Of a DNA stretch of 64,000 bases, positions 37,321-48,413 are shown piece by piece; the stretch's first letter is position 1, and each line of letters opens with the position of its first letter. The position numbers were made by a program, and so were the translations under genes. Origin of the DNA: Clostridia bacterium (GTDB lineage Bacteria > Bacillota > Clostridia > UMGS1883). The stretch spans positions 9,949 through 73,948 of the forward strand of contig JAZOSB010000026.1 of NCBI GenBank assembly GCA_045656865.1. Direction: 5' to 3'. The notes beneath the pieces are model-generated. The model saw nothing but the letters and a program-made list of their open reading frames with translations, ran no database searches and was not told where the DNA came from.

Positions 37321-37941
37321 TTACCTTGACTTTGCGTAGACCTTGTCCTTTCCGCAAAGCTTACCGTAAAATTCAACTATTTTAAATTTAACCTCAAAGG
37401 GGAATACACCGTTTTGTGTGCTTGTTGTTATGATGTCATAGGATTCCTTATCCAATGAGGATTGCAGTTTTTCCTCAGCGTAAACGCTGTCTGTTGTCCC
37501 GTCAACGAAGCAAAGGGGAGGGAACATCACGCACCACCAGTTCTGCCCGTCGGCATTTCCGATTTTGACCCTTAACGCATCATAATTTCCTGCAGGGAGA
37601 CGGATATTGTTATATTCCTTTGTCGGGAATTTAAAATTTCCGTATTCCACCTCAACAGGGTAGCTGTATCCCTTTTCGGCAATAATGGTTTCTGCAATTT
37701 CTTTATATTCATCAAGCTTTGTTTTTACATCGCTTTTCTTTGTGAAATTTGCACGGCTGTGCTCTAATATTGCATCACGGACCTGAAGCTTCAGCTTTTG
37801 GTCCTCAATGCTATCACTGTTTGCCAGAATATGAAGCCTTACAATGTTTTCTGAAAGATTCGAGTTAACGGTTGTAGAATATCCCACCAACAGAAAAAGC
37901 ATAAAGCCGGTTACAGCAATTATCGTCAATAATTTTTTCAC
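37321..37941 (-). CDS. spoIIR: Stage II sporulation protein R
   Basis: 206 aa with a signal/anchor helix, VRLHILANSDS..DQ.LKL.VRD and NWWCVMFPPLCF. GTG start after GAGGTG. Confidence 0.9.
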   Translation of the reverse strand: MKKLLTIIAVTGFMLFLLVGYSTTVNSNLSENIVRLHILANSDSIEDQKLKLQVRDAILEHSRANFTKKSDVKTKLDEYKEIAETIIAEKGYSYPVEVEYGNFKFPTKEYNNIRLPAGNYDALRVKIGNADGQNWWCVMFPPLCFVDGTTDSVYAEEKLQSSLDKESYDIITTSTQNGVFPFEVKFKIVEFYGKLCGKDKVYAKSR

Positions 37942-37984
37942 TCAGCAACACCTCATATGTAAGTATTGCCACTGTGGAAAAATT

Positions 37985-38836
37985 TTATACGGGTGTACAA
38001 ATATATACTGTTTTGTATTTTCTCCACAATTCTTTTTTTGCATTTCTCGCTTCTTCCATATTATTGAAAATGCCGAAAACAGTAGGACCGCTTCCACTCA
38101 TTTGTGCACAGGCAGCACCAAGCTCCATAAGCTCATCCTTAACCTTTTGAAGAATAGGATGCTCAGAAAGACTTACCTCTTCAAGGACATTACCCATGGC
38201 ACCTGTAATCATTTCCATATCCGAAGCGTGAAGTCCTTCAATAAGCTTTTGTGTCTGTGGCCTCTTATAATCTTTATACGAATCAATTTTTTCATAAACT
38301 GTTTTGGTGCTTATGGAAAAAGACGGCTTTACAAGAACAATACTGCACCTGGGGAATTTAGGCAGGGGAGAAAGCTTTTCCCCAATACCTTCTGCAAGCC
38401 TTGTTCCGCCGAGGATGCAGTAAGGTACATCGGCACCTAAGTTTATGCCGATTTTACAAAGCTCTTTTAAGGATAGACCTGTGCCGAAAAGCTTGTTCAT
38501 AGCTTTAAGTACAGCGGAAGCGTTACTGCTTCCTCCTGCAAGTCCTGCACCGACAGGAATACGTTTTAAAATGTCAATGCTGACACCCTCTTTTATTCCC
38601 GTATATTTGAAAAATTCTTCAGCAGCTCTGTATGCAATATTGTTGCTGTCAATGGGAAGATACGGAAGATTTGTGGAAAGCTCTATCCCGCTTTTGACTT
38701 TTGTAACGGTTACAAGGTCAAACACAGACACAGTCTGCATAACCATTTGTACCTCGTGATACCCATTTTCAAGCTTGCCGAGAACATCTAAAGAAAGATT
38801 GATTTTAGCAAATGCTTTAGTTATTACTTTTTTCAT
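37985..38836 (-). CDS. ispE: 4-(cytidine 5'-diphospho)-2-C-methyl-D-erythritol kinase
   Basis: AFAKINLSLDV and the IPVGAGLAGGSSNA GHMP motif. The start is ATG 38836 (MKKVITK). Confidence 0.9.
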   Translation of the reverse strand: MKKVITKAFAKINLSLDVLGKLENGYHEVQMVMQTVSVFDLVTVTKVKSGIELSTNLPYLPIDSNNIAYRAAEEFFKYTGIKEGVSIDILKRIPVGAGLAGGSSNASAVLKAMNKLFGTGLSLKELCKIGINLGADVPYCILGGTRLAEGIGEKLSPLPKFPRCSIVLVKPSFSISTKTVYEKIDSYKDYKRPQTQKLIEGLHASDMEMITGAMGNVLEEVSLSEHPILQKVKDELMELGAACAQMSGSGPTVFGIFNNMEEARNAKKELWRKYKTVYICTPV

Positions 38837-38927
38837 TTTGTATATTACCTCTCGTTTTTTGAGATTATTATATATTATTATACTATACTTTAAATTCAAA
38901 AGCAATAATTTTTAAGGAGAGATTATT

Positions 38928-39761
38928 ATGTTTTACTTAGGATGTCACCTGTCCGCGTCAAAGGGATTTTTGCATATGGCAAAGGAAGCATCATCAATCG
39001 GTGCCAATACCTTTCAGTTTTTTACACGAAATCCCCGTGGCTTTGCTGCAAAGGATATAGATGAAAAGGATATAGCGGAGTTTCTGAAATATACTTCCGA
39101 CAACGGCTTCGGCAAAATCCTTGCACACGCACCGTATACACTTAACCCCTCATCTGCAGATGAAAGAGTCAGAGACCTTGCACTCCGGATTATGCAGGAT
39201 GATATGCTTCGTATGGAATATGTACCGGGAAACCTCTATAACTTCCATCCGGGAAGCCATGTGGGACAGGGTGCAGAAAGGGGAATAGAGCTTACTGCAG
39301 AACTGCTCAATACTATTCTTACTCCTGACCAGACAACAATCGTTCTTCTTGAAACAATGTCGGGAAAAGGCAGTGAAATCGGAAGAAGCTTTGAGGAACT
39401 TAAAGAAATGATTTACAGAACGGAGCTTTCAGAAAAGGTAGGCGTATGCCTTGACACCTGTCACGTGTATGATGCAGGCTATGACATTGTAGGAAACCTT
39501 GACGGCGTGATTGATGAGTTTGACAGAATAATAGGACTTGACAGACTTTATGCTATTCATATGAACGATTCCAAAAATCCTTTTGAAAGTCATAAGGACA
39601 GACACGAAAAAATTGGGGAAGGCTCAATCGGTCTGGAAACAATGAAGAATATCATAAATAACCCCCGACTTAAGCATCTTCCAGTGTTTTTGGAAACACC
39701 AAATGAGCTTGACGGTTACAAAGCAGAAATTGAGCTTTTAAAAGCAAACAGAGAAGAGTAA
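38928..39761 (+). CDS. nfo: Deoxyribonuclease IV (endonuclease IV)
   Basis: 277 aa with [35 protein letters not shown] and IHMNDSK. RBS AAGGAG lies upstream. Confidence 0.9.
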   Translation: MFYLGCHLSASKGFLHMAKEASSIGANTFQFFTRNPRGFAAKDIDEKDIAEFLKYTSDNGFGKILAHAPYTLNPSSADERVRDLALRIMQDDMLRMEYVPGNLYNFHPGSHVGQGAERGIELTAELLNTILTPDQTTIVLLETMSGKGSEIGRSFEELKEMIYRTELSEKVGVCLDTCHVYDAGYDIVGNLDGVIDEFDRIIGLDRLYAIHMNDSKNPFESHKDRHEKIGEGSIGLETMKNIINNPRLKHLPVFLETPNELDGYKAEIELLKANREE

Positions 39762-39803
39762 AGATAAGAGCTGAACGGAATTAGCCGTTCAGCTCTTATC
39801 TTT
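39760..39803 (+). terminator. Terminator hairpin after nfo
   Basis: An 18-bp perfect stem: AAGATAAGAGCTGAACGG (39760-39777) pairs with CCGTTCAGCTCTTATCTT (39785-39802). The T-tract is short. Confidence 0.7.
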
Positions 39804-39867
39804 ACGTAAACGAGGAGAAAAATAATAGAATAAATGCAAAAAAACAGTTCCCTTTTTCAAAAAAATG

Positions 39868-39876
39868 TGGTAGAAT
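39868..39876 (+). promoter_or_regulatory. Extended -10 promoter element upstream of lepA
   Basis: TGgTAGAAT at 39868-39876. The -35 is poor (TTCCCT). It lies about 45 nt upstream of the lepA ATG. Confidence 0.35.
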
Positions 39877-39919
39877 ATATTCTGTATAAATTTGTACATT
39901 ATTAATGAGAGGAAAAACT

Positions 39920-41716
39920 ATGCAGGAAAATATCAGAAACTTTTGTATAATTGCACATATAGACCACGGTAAGAGTACTCTTGCGGACAGACTTTTAGAG
40001 CTTACGGGAAGTATCGAAAGCCGTGAAATGTCTGAGCAGTTGCTCGATAATATGGACCTTGAGAAAGAGAGAGGTATAACTATCAAAGCCCGTGCTGTAA
40101 GGCTTAATTATAGGGCAGAGGATGGTAAGGATTATATCCTTAACCTGATTGACACGCCCGGTCATGTTGACTTTAATTACGAGGTGTCACGTTCTCTTGC
40201 AGCATGTGAGGGTGCGCTTTTGGTGGTTGATGCATCACAGGGTATCGAGGCGCAGACTCTTGCAAACACATACCTTGCACTTGACCATAACCTTGAAATA
40301 CTCCCTGTAATAAATAAAATTGACCTTCCGTCAGCACGTCCTGATGATATTGTTAAGGAAATCGAGGACATCATTGGTATTCCTGCAGAGGATGCACCGA
40401 GAGTAAGTGCAAAAAACGGAATAAACATAGAAAAAATTCCCGAATATATCGTAAAGAATATTCCTGCACCCAAGGGTGACGAAACAGCACCTCCCCGTGC
40501 GCTCATATTTGACTCTTACTACGACTCGTACAAGGGTGTAATTGTATATGTGCGTGTAATGGAGGGTGAAATAAAACCCGGTATGCGCATCCGCTTTATG
40601 GCAACGGGCGGTGAATTTGATGTTGTTGAAACAGGCTACCTTAACCCCAAGGGTGTTATGCCTGCAAAATCTATAAAAGCAGGTGAGGTTGGCTATATTG
40701 CCGCAAGCATTAAGACCGTTCGTGATACTCAGGTGGGTGATACTGTAACCGATGCAAATAATCCTGCGTCCGAGCCTCTTTCAGGCTACCGCAGTGTAAA
40801 TCCTATGGTTTACTGCGGTATTTATCCTGCTGACGGTGCAAAGTACGGCGACCTTCGTGATGCTCTTGAAAAGCTTCAGCTAAACGATGCCTCTCTTGCT
40901 TTCGAGGCTGAAACAAGTGCGGCTCTCGGCTTTGGTTTCCGTTGCGGTTTCCTTGGGCTTTTGCATATGGAAATTATCCAGGAAAGACTTGAGAGAGAAT
41001 TTAACCTTGATCTTGTAACAACTGCACCAAGCGTTGTTTACAGAGTTATAAAAACTACGGGCGAGGAGCTTTTCGTATCCAACCCCACAAATCTTCCTGC
41101 TCCTGCGGAAATCGACTATATGGAAGAGCCTTTTGTAAATGCTCATATCTATGTGCCTCAGGAATTTGTTGGTGCGATTATGGAGCTTTGTCAGGACAGA
41201 CGTGGAAACTATGTGGGAATGACCTACCTTGATTCCGAGCGTGCCGACCTGCACTACAAGCTTCCCCTTAACGAAATAATTTACGACTTCTTTGATGCTA
41301 TTAAGAGCCGCAGCCGTGGTTACGCATCCTTTGACTATGAGATGGATGAATATATCAAGAGTGACCTTGTAAAGCTTGACATTCTCTTAAACGGAGATGT
41401 GGTGGATGCACTCAGCTTTATTGTTCATTCTACAAAGAGCTATGCACGTGGCAGAAAAATTGCTGAAAAGCTGAAGGAAACCATTCCGCGTCAGCTTTTT
41501 GAAGTGCCTATTCAGGCGGCAATCGGCGGTAAGGTAATTGCCCGTGAAACTGTAAAGGCAATGCGTAAGGACGTACTTGCCAAGTGTTACGGCGGTGACA
41601 TTACACGTAAGAAGAAGCTTCTTGAAAAACAGAAGGAAGGTAAAAAGAGAATGCGGCAGGTTGGCAGCGTAGAGCTTCCGCAGGAGGCATTTATGTCCGT
41701 TCTCAAGCTTGACTGA
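39920..41716 (+). CDS. lepA: Translation elongation factor 4
   Basis: [26 protein letters not shown] and NKID motifs plus the LepA C-terminal domain. ATG 39920 follows GAGAGGA. Confidence 0.95.
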   Translation: MQENIRNFCIIAHIDHGKSTLADRLLELTGSIESREMSEQLLDNMDLEKERGITIKARAVRLNYRAEDGKDYILNLIDTPGHVDFNYEVSRSLAACEGALLVVDASQGIEAQTLANTYLALDHNLEILPVINKIDLPSARPDDIVKEIEDIIGIPAEDAPRVSAKNGINIEKIPEYIVKNIPAPKGDETAPPRALIFDSYYDSYKGVIVYVRVMEGEIKPGMRIRFMATGGEFDVVETGYLNPKGVMPAKSIKAGEVGYIAASIKTVRDTQVGDTVTDANNPASEPLSGYRSVNPMVYCGIYPADGAKYGDLRDALEKLQLNDASLAFEAETSAALGFGFRCGFLGLLHMEIIQERLEREFNLDLVTTAPSVVYRVIKTTGEELFVSNPTNLPAPAEIDYMEEPFVNAHIYVPQEFVGAIMELCQDRRGNYVGMTYLDSERADLHYKLPLNEIIYDFFDAIKSRSRGYASFDYEMDEYIKSDLVKLDILLNGDVVDALSFIVHSTKSYARGRKIAEKLKETIPRQLFEVPIQAAIGGKVIARETVKAMRKDVLAKCYGGDITRKKKLLEKQKEGKKRMRQVGSVELPQEAFMSVLKLD

Positions 41717-41717
41717 T

Positions 41718-42770
41718 ATGATTTATATTCACATTCCGTTCTGCATCAGGAAATGCCTTTACTGTGACTTTTATTCGGTGACGGATAAGTCACTTTTCAG
41801 GGCATATACTGATGCACTCATAAAGGAAATTGAAAGTATAAAGGGAACCAAAACCGATACCGTTTACATTGGCGGAGGTACTCCTACGGCAATCGGAGAA
41901 TATCTTTTTGAAATTGTTGATGCCGTAAATAAAAATCTGTCCTTGTCTGAAAAATGCGAATTTACTGTTGAGGCAAACCCGGGAACGGTTAACGGAGATA
42001 TTTTAAAAAAACTTTTTCAAAAGGGTGTTAACCGCATCAGCCTGGGGGCTCAGTCCTTTAACGACAACGAACTTCGTGCGCTGGGAAGAATCCACAGTTC
42101 AAAAGAGATTTTTGAAAGCGTAGAAGCTATTAAGGAAGCAGGCTTTGAAAACTTCAGCATTGATTTGATGCTTGCAACTCCCAATCAGACAATGGAGAGT
42201 CTTTCTTATTCTCTTGATTGTATTGAAAAAATAAATCCACCCCACGTCTCGGCATACTCACTGATAGTGGAGGAGGGAACACCATTTTATGATATGGAGC
42301 TTCAGCTCCCCGACGAAGATACTGAAAGACAGATGTACTACTTTGCGGAAGAACGGCTTAAATCTATGGGACTTTCAAGGTACGAAATTTCAAATTTTGC
42401 CAAAGAGGATTTTGAATCCAGCCACAACAGCGGTTACTGGCAGGATAAAGAATATATCGGTCTTGGAGCAGGTGCTCACTCCTATTATAAAGGTGCACGT
42501 TTCTCAAATGCCTCGGACATTCACAGATATATTAATGGTGAGGGCAGAAAAGAGGATTACACTCCTATTTCTGAAAAAGAACGCAAGCTTGAACTTTTTA
42601 TGCTCGGACTCAGAATGACAAGGGGTGTAGAATACAACGGAGAATTTCCCGAAAGAGTAAACCCTCTTCTTGAAAAAGGTCTGCTTGAAATAAAGGATGG
42701 CAGGCTTCGTCTTACCAAACGTGGAACAGATTGTGCCAATCTTGTATTTATGGAGTTTTTGGATGATTAG
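41718..42770 (+). CDS. hemW: Radical SAM heme chaperone HemW (coproporphyrinogen-III-oxidase-like)
   Basis: IYIHIPFCIRKCLYCDF (CxxxCxxC) and the HemN_C-type tail. It lies directly after lepA, as in most Firmicutes. Confidence 0.85.
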   Translation: MIYIHIPFCIRKCLYCDFYSVTDKSLFRAYTDALIKEIESIKGTKTDTVYIGGGTPTAIGEYLFEIVDAVNKNLSLSEKCEFTVEANPGTVNGDILKKLFQKGVNRISLGAQSFNDNELRALGRIHSSKEIFESVEAIKEAGFENFSIDLMLATPNQTMESLSYSLDCIEKINPPHVSAYSLIVEEGTPFYDMELQLPDEDTERQMYYFAEERLKSMGLSRYEISNFAKEDFESSHNSGYWQDKEYIGLGAGAHSYYKGARFSNASDIHRYINGEGRKEDYTPISEKERKLELFMLGLRMTRGVEYNGEFPERVNPLLEKGLLEIKDGRLRLTKRGTDCANLVFMEFLDD

Positions 42771-43233
42771 TATAAGAGATTACGCCCTGTATCTTATTGA
42801 ATTTAAAGACAGAACGGAAAAAGAACTCCGTGATAAATTCAGGGAAAAGGGCTATGATGAAAACATTATAGAAGATGAAATCGAGTTTTTAAAAAATTAC
42901 GGCTACATAAACGACAAACGGTATGCCAAGCATTTTACACATGATGCAATTAACATAAAAAAATGGGGAAAAATGCGAATCCGTACTGAACTTCTGCGGA
43001 AAGGTGTTGACCGCGAAACCGTCGACAACACTATTGAAGATGCATTTTTTGAGGTTGAGGATGACCTTGTACTGACGCAGATGCAGACTCGGTTTAAAAA
43101 TTCTGATTTCAGTAATATAAAAGAACGAGCAAGGATATTTAACTTCTTTATAAGGCGTGGATTTTCTCCCGACGAAATAAAGGGTGCAATGAATAAGATG
43201 TGTTCTTTTGATGATATAATTTGTGAGGATTGA
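42763..43233 (+). CDS. recX: RecX family regulatory protein
   Basis: Repeated three-helix units (ALYLIEFKDRTEKELRDKFREKGYDENIIEDEIEFLKNYGYINDKRYAKHF). The start is ATG 42763 and overlaps the hemW end. Confidence 0.75.
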   Translation: MISIRDYALYLIEFKDRTEKELRDKFREKGYDENIIEDEIEFLKNYGYINDKRYAKHFTHDAINIKKWGKMRIRTELLRKGVDRETVDNTIEDAFFEVEDDLVLTQMQTRFKNSDFSNIKERARIFNFFIRRGFSPDEIKGAMNKMCSFDDIICED

Positions 43234-43242
43234 GGTGGCAAT

Positions 43243-44574
43243 GTGGCTATAAAAATCGGATTCGTGTCTCTGGGATGTAACAAAAACCTTTGTGATACGG
43301 AAAATATGATGGGTATTCTTCTGGAAAATGGTTTTGAAATAACCCCATATCCCGAGGAAGCAGAGGTCATCATTGTGAATACCTGTGGCTTTATCGAAAG
43401 TGCACAGCAGGAATCAATAGATACCATACTTGAAATGGCAAGCTATAAGGAGAAAAATTGTAAACTGCTTGTAGTATGTGGATGTCTTGCACAGCGTTTT
43501 TATAAAGAAATAATGGATGAATTGCCAGAAATTGATGTTGTTGTCGGTACAACTGCATTTGACGAAATTGCCGAGGCGATTAAAGACGGACTTTCAGGAA
43601 AAAAATCATCATATATTTATGATATAGACAAGGATGTTCCTGAGGATTTGCCGAGAGTCAGAACAACACCTCACTATACAGCCTATCTGAAGATTGCTGA
43701 GGGTTGTGACAATAAATGTACATATTGTGCAATTCCATATATCCGCGGAAAATACCGAAGCAGGAGTGAGGAAGCAATACTTTCCGAGGCACAGGCACTT
43801 GCGGATGATGGGGTAAAGGAAATTATTGTAGTGGCTCAGGACACAACACGTTACGGAACTGATTTGTATGGGGAGAAGAGGATTTCATCCCTGCTCCATA
43901 GGCTTTGCCTGATTGATGGAATAGAATGGGTGCGTGTACATTATTCTTACCCTGAAGAGCTTGATGATGAGCTTATACAGACTATCAAAAACGAAGAGAA
44001 AATAGTAAAATATCTTGATATTCCCGTTCAGCACGGCTCAAGCAGTGTTCTTAAAAGGATGGGAAGAAAAACAACCCGTGAAAAGCTTGAAGCCTTAATT
44101 GAAAAGCTAAGGAGAGAAATTCCCGACATTACTCTCCGCACAAGCATCATTGCAGGCTTCCCCGGTGAAACAGAGGAGGAATTTTCCGAGCTTTGCGAGT
44201 TTCTTGAAAAGGTCAAATTTGACCGTGTTGGTGTATTTGCCTATTCCTGTGAGGAGGGCACACCTGCCGCGAGGATGACAGGTCAACTGCCAACGGAAAT
44301 AAAGAAAGCCCGCCGTGATAAGGTGATGGAGCTTTGTCAGAAAATTTCTCTTTCAAGAAATGAATTAATGATTGGAAAAACCCTTACAGTTATGACCGAG
44401 GGGTTTGAAGATAACCTGTATTATGGAAGGAGCGCTGGAGAAAGCATCGAGATAGACCCGAAAATTTATTTTGGTGCTCACAGAGAGCTTTCCGCAGGAG
44501 ATTTCGTGGATGTAGTGATAAAATCCGCCGATAATTATGACCTTTACGGCGAAGAAATTGAAAGGATGGTTTGA
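43243..44574 (+). CDS. rimO: Ribosomal protein S12 methylthiotransferase RimO
   Basis: The UPF0004 domain is IGFVSLGCNKNLCDTE, the radical SAM motif is CDNKCTYCAIP, and a C-terminal TRAM domain is present. GTG 43243 follows GAGGTGG; the adjacent ATG 43241 frame stops after 3 codons. Confidence 0.85.
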   Translation: MAIKIGFVSLGCNKNLCDTENMMGILLENGFEITPYPEEAEVIIVNTCGFIESAQQESIDTILEMASYKEKNCKLLVVCGCLAQRFYKEIMDELPEIDVVVGTTAFDEIAEAIKDGLSGKKSSYIYDIDKDVPEDLPRVRTTPHYTAYLKIAEGCDNKCTYCAIPYIRGKYRSRSEEAILSEAQALADDGVKEIIVVAQDTTRYGTDLYGEKRISSLLHRLCLIDGIEWVRVHYSYPEELDDELIQTIKNEEKIVKYLDIPVQHGSSSVLKRMGRKTTREKLEALIEKLRREIPDITLRTSIIAGFPGETEEEFSELCEFLEKVKFDRVGVFAYSCEEGTPAARMTGQLPTEIKKARRDKVMELCQKISLSRNELMIGKTLTVMTEGFEDNLYYGRSAGESIEIDPKIYFGAHRELSAGDFVDVVIKSADNYDLYGEEIERMV

Positions 44575-44576
44575 TT

Positions 44577-45116
44577 ATGAATTTACCTAACAAGCTTACA
44601 ATGGCGAGAATAGTTTTAATCCCGATTTTTATGATTGCTTTGCTTCTGGAATTTTATTATACAGCTCTTATAATTTTCTGTGTGGCGGCAATTACCGATT
44701 TCTTTGACGGCTATCTTGCAAGAAAACATAACCTTGTTTCATCTTTCGGAAAAATTATGGACCCCCTTGCGGATAAGCTTCTTGTATTCAGCGCGCTTAT
44801 TTGCTTCATTCAGCTTGAAAAAGTATCAGTATGGGCACCAATTATTATTATTGCCCGCGAATTTTTTGTTACCAGTATGCGTGTTGTTGCCGTTTCCAAG
44901 GGTAAGGTTATTGCGGCATCCTGGTGGGGTAAGGTAAAGACAAATGTTCAGCTTTTTGCTATTATAGGCGCAATGCTTATTTTTGCCCTGGGAAGAATTA
45001 TACCCCGCGGTGGTGAAATAGCAGCAATCCTTATCTGGCTTTCAGCTTTCTTTACAATTGCAAGCTGGGTTGCCTATATTCGTGAAAATATCACTGTGTT
45101 TGAGGATGAGAAATAA
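44577..45116 (+). CDS. pgsA: CDP-diacylglycerol--glycerol-3-phosphate 3-phosphatidyltransferase
   Basis: The CDP-alcohol transferase motif is DFFDGYLARK....GKIMDPLADK. TTG 44571 is an alternative start. Confidence 0.85.
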   Translation: MNLPNKLTMARIVLIPIFMIALLLEFYYTALIIFCVAAITDFFDGYLARKHNLVSSFGKIMDPLADKLLVFSALICFIQLEKVSVWAPIIIIAREFFVTSMRVVAVSKGKVIAASWWGKVKTNVQLFAIIGAMLIFALGRIIPRGGEIAAILIWLSAFFTIASWVAYIRENITVFEDEK

Positions 45117-45129
45117 GGGGGAACTGCAT

Positions 45130-46248
45130 ATGCAGTACAGCAGAGTCACTGCCCTTATCAGTAAAGAGGCAATAAGACATAATATTGAAAATATTAAAAA
45201 GCTTATTCCTGATGGTGTAAAGATAATGCCCATAATCAAGGCTGACGGATACGGCCACGGTGCGGATGTGTTTGCAGATGTTTTGGAGGATGTATCAGAT
45301 TGTTTTGCAGTTGCCATTATTGAGGAAGCCCTCGAGCTTCGTAATCACGGAGTAAAAATCCCGATAATGATTCTGGGATACACCAATCCCATATATTTTG
45401 AAATGGCAATAGAAAATGATATAACCGTTACAATTCTTACTTTTGATGATGCACTTAAAATGTCTGAAATAGCTGAAAAAACAGGCAAAACAGCAAAAAT
45501 ACATATTCCCGTTGATACTGGAATGTCACGAATTGGCTTCACCCCCGATGAAAAGGGAGCGGATGAAGTATCAAAAATAGCTTCTCTTGATAACCTTTTA
45601 CTTGAAGGTGTGTTTACCCATTTTGCAACATCTGATGAGGCAAATAAAGAATTTACTATTCTTCAGGCAAAGAGGTTTGGAGAATTTAAAGAGCTTCTTT
45701 TACTTCGCGGAGTAAAGCCTAAAATTTTCCACTGTGCAAACAGCGGTGCGATTATGCAGCATAGTGAGTATTCTTTTGATATGGTGCGTGCAGGAATTAT
45801 CCTTTACGGGCTTTATCCCTCGGAAGAGGTGGATAAAACCCTCCTTGACCTTACGCCTGTAATGGAGCTTCGCACCCATATTGCATTGGTGAAAACAATA
45901 AAAAAAGGTGACACTGTAAGCTATGGAAGAACGTTTGCAGCAGAAAAGGATATGAAAATTGCTACAATCCCCGTGGGCTATGCAGACGGCTACCCCAGAC
46001 TTCTTTCCAACAAGGGAAGAGTTATCGTAAACGGCAATTATGCCCCCATAACGGGAAGAGTGTGTATGGACCAGTTTATGATTGATGTCAGCCATATTGA
46101 AAATGTTAATGCAGGGGATGAGGTTGTCCTCATAGGTCAAAAAGACGGATTGTGTGTAAGTGCCGATGAAATCGCAAAACTGACAGGCACAATCAACTAC
46201 GAGGTTACGTGCAATATAAGTAAGCGTGTACCGAGGGAAGTGGTATAA
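45130..46248 (+). CDS. alr: Alanine racemase
   Basis: The PLP-Lys block is PIIKADGYGHG, with VGYADGYPR and MDQFMIDV. ATG 45130 follows AAGGGGGA. Confidence 0.9.
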   Translation: MQYSRVTALISKEAIRHNIENIKKLIPDGVKIMPIIKADGYGHGADVFADVLEDVSDCFAVAIIEEALELRNHGVKIPIMILGYTNPIYFEMAIENDITVTILTFDDALKMSEIAEKTGKTAKIHIPVDTGMSRIGFTPDEKGADEVSKIASLDNLLLEGVFTHFATSDEANKEFTILQAKRFGEFKELLLLRGVKPKIFHCANSGAIMQHSEYSFDMVRAGIILYGLYPSEEVDKTLLDLTPVMELRTHIALVKTIKKGDTVSYGRTFAAEKDMKIATIPVGYADGYPRLLSNKGRVIVNGNYAPITGRVCMDQFMIDVSHIENVNAGDEVVLIGQKDGLCVSADEIAKLTGTINYEVTCNISKRVPREVV

Positions 46249-47594
46249 TGAAAGCAAAAACAGTATTTGTATGTAAAGAATGCGGAAACGAATCTGCAAA
46301 ATGGATGGGAAAGTGTCCGGGCTGCGGTACGTGGAACTCTATGATAGAAGAGGTAATTGAAAAAACCTCGGAAGCAAAAATCCGCAAAAAGGTTTCCCCC
46401 ATTTTAATTAAAGAAGTTTCTACAGATGAGGGCGAACGTCACAGCGCAGGAAGTGCCGAGCTTGACAGAGTGCTTGGCGGCGGAATTGTGAAAGGCTCTC
46501 TTGTGCTTTGCGGTGGTGAACCGGGAATTGGTAAATCCACACTTTTGCTTCAGGTTGCAAAATTTGCTTCGGGAAGCGGAAAAGTCCTCTATGTATCTGG
46601 TGAGGAATCAGATAAGCAGATAAAACTCCGTGCCGAAAGACTCGGTGCAGTGTCGGACAACCTTTATGTGCTTAACGAAACAGACCTTGAATCAATCCTG
46701 TCGGCAATAGAGGTTATGAAGCCATCTCTTATTATTGCCGATTCAATACAGACGCTTTATTCAGGTAATCTTACCTCAGCTCCGGGCAGTGTAGGGCAGG
46801 TAAGAGAGTGTACCCTTAAATTTATGGAGCTTGCAAAAAGTACGGGAACAACGATATTTATTGTCGGACACGTTACAAAGGAAGGCTCAATTGCAGGTCC
46901 GAGAGTACTGGAGCATATGGTGGACTCGGTACTGTATTTCGAGGGCGAAAGACACCAGAGTTACCGAATTGTCCGTGCGGTAAAAAACCGTTTTGGTTCT
47001 ACCAATGAAATCGGCGTTTTTGAAATGACAGACAAGGGGCTGAAGGATGTTCCCAATCCCTCATTGATGCTTCTTTCCGGAAGACCTGTTGATGCCCCCG
47101 GTTCGGCAATAGTGTGTTCTGTTGAGGGGACAAGACCTATACTTGCGGAAATTCAGGCACTTGTGTCAAAAAGCAGCTTTGCAATGCCAAGACGAATGGC
47201 AACGGGCGTTGACTTTAACAGGGTTTCCCTCATTATGACCGTTTTGGAAAAGAGAATGGGACTTAATCTCGGCGATCAGGACGCATACGTTAATGTCACA
47301 GGGGGAATCAGACTTGACGAGTCTGCAACAGACCTTGCAATAGCCTGTGCCATTGCATCAAGCTTCCGCAATCAGCCTCTTCCGTCGGATATGGCATTCT
47401 TTGGAGAGGTTGGACTGACGGGTGAAATCCGTACAGTAACTCAGGCGGCAAGGCGTATTGCAGAAATTCAGAAAATGGGATTTAGGCGCTGTATGTTCCC
47501 CTTTGACTGTCTTGGAAGCCTTGACAAGTGTGAGGGAATAGAGCTTCTTGCAGTTCGGTCGCTGTCTGATGCACTTCAATATATCAAGAGGTAG
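46248..47594 (+). CDS. radA: DNA repair protein RadA (Sms)
   Basis: The Zn finger is CKECGNESAKWMGKCPGCGTWN, with GGEPGIGKSTLLLQ, VKNRFG and a Lon-like C-terminal domain. Confidence 0.95.
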   Translation: MKAKTVFVCKECGNESAKWMGKCPGCGTWNSMIEEVIEKTSEAKIRKKVSPILIKEVSTDEGERHSAGSAELDRVLGGGIVKGSLVLCGGEPGIGKSTLLLQVAKFASGSGKVLYVSGEESDKQIKLRAERLGAVSDNLYVLNETDLESILSAIEVMKPSLIIADSIQTLYSGNLTSAPGSVGQVRECTLKFMELAKSTGTTIFIVGHVTKEGSIAGPRVLEHMVDSVLYFEGERHQSYRIVRAVKNRFGSTNEIGVFEMTDKGLKDVPNPSLMLLSGRPVDAPGSAIVCSVEGTRPILAEIQALVSKSSFAMPRRMATGVDFNRVSLIMTVLEKRMGLNLGDQDAYVNVTGGIRLDESATDLAIACAIASSFRNQPLPSDMAFFGEVGLTGEIRTVTQAARRIAEIQKMGFRRCMFPFDCLGSLDKCEGIELLAVRSLSDALQYIKR

Positions 47595-47598
47595 TAAT

Positions 47599-48321
47599 AT
47601 GGCTAAAACAGTATTTATAACGGGTAGCTCCCGCGGAATAGGTGCAGCAATTGCAAAAACCTTTCACCAAAGCGGATATAATGTTGCTATAAATTATAAT
47701 CATAGTGAGGAAGAGGCAATTGCTCTTTCAAATTCCCTTTCGGGAAGCCTTCTTTTAAAAGGCGATGTTTCAAAAGAAGATGATGTGAAAGAAATGATTT
47801 CCAAAACTGTTTCTCATTTTGGAAGTATTGATGTTCTTGTGAATAATGCAGGAATTTCTGTGGTGAATCTTCTCACCGATACAACTTTGGAGGAATGGGA
47901 AAGGCTTTTTTCAATAAATGTAACCGGAACATTCCTTGCAAGTAAATATGCCGCAAAAGAAATGATAAAAAATCACAGCGGTAAAATTATAAACATAGGC
48001 TCTATATGGGGCGTAAGCGGTGCCTCAACGGAAAGCTGTTACAGTGCCTCAAAGGGTGCTGTGATAGCTTTTACAAAGGCACTGGCAAAGGAACTCGGCC
48101 CCTCGGGAATAACAGTCAACTGTGTTGCTCCCGGTTTTATTGACACTGATATGAACAGCGATGTAACAGAGGATGACAGAGTGGCGTTCTGTGAGGAAAC
48201 ACCGCTTGGCAGAATAGGAAATCCTGAAGAAGTTGCAAAAACAGTTCACTTCCTTGCATCCGATAATGCAAGCTTCATAACGGGGCAGATTATAGGTGTT
48301 GACGGCGGAGTAATAGTTTAA
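47599..48321 (+). CDS. SDR family oxidoreductase (FabG-like)
   Basis: TGSSRGIGAAIA, NNAG and the catalytic YSASK are present. The start is ATG 47599 (MAKTVFITG). Confidence 0.8.
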   Translation: MAKTVFITGSSRGIGAAIAKTFHQSGYNVAINYNHSEEEAIALSNSLSGSLLLKGDVSKEDDVKEMISKTVSHFGSIDVLVNNAGISVVNLLTDTTLEEWERLFSINVTGTFLASKYAAKEMIKNHSGKIINIGSIWGVSGASTESCYSASKGAVIAFTKALAKELGPSGITVNCVAPGFIDTDMNSDVTEDDRVAFCEETPLGRIGNPEEVAKTVHFLASDNASFITGQIIGVDGGVIV

Positions 48322-48351
48322 ACTGAATATATTAACAGAATAATCACAAAT

Positions 48352-48411
48352 AAAGTCCTCCTTCATATAATGGTATTAGGCAATGCCTACCAATTATATA
48401 AGGAGGACTTT
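48352..48411 (+). promoter_or_regulatory. Long imperfect hairpin that pairs the Shine-Dalgarno of the downstream gene with an anti-SD
   Basis: AAAGTCCTCCTT (48352-48363) pairs with AAGGAGGACTTT (48400-48411). The stem extends by ATATAAT/ATTATAT, GGTA/TACC and GGC/GCC, about 26 bp in total. SD AGGAGG (48401-48406) lies 7 nt before ATG 48414. A perfect TATAAT (48366-48371) sits in the 5' arm. Confidence 0.6.
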
Positions 48412-48413
48412 CT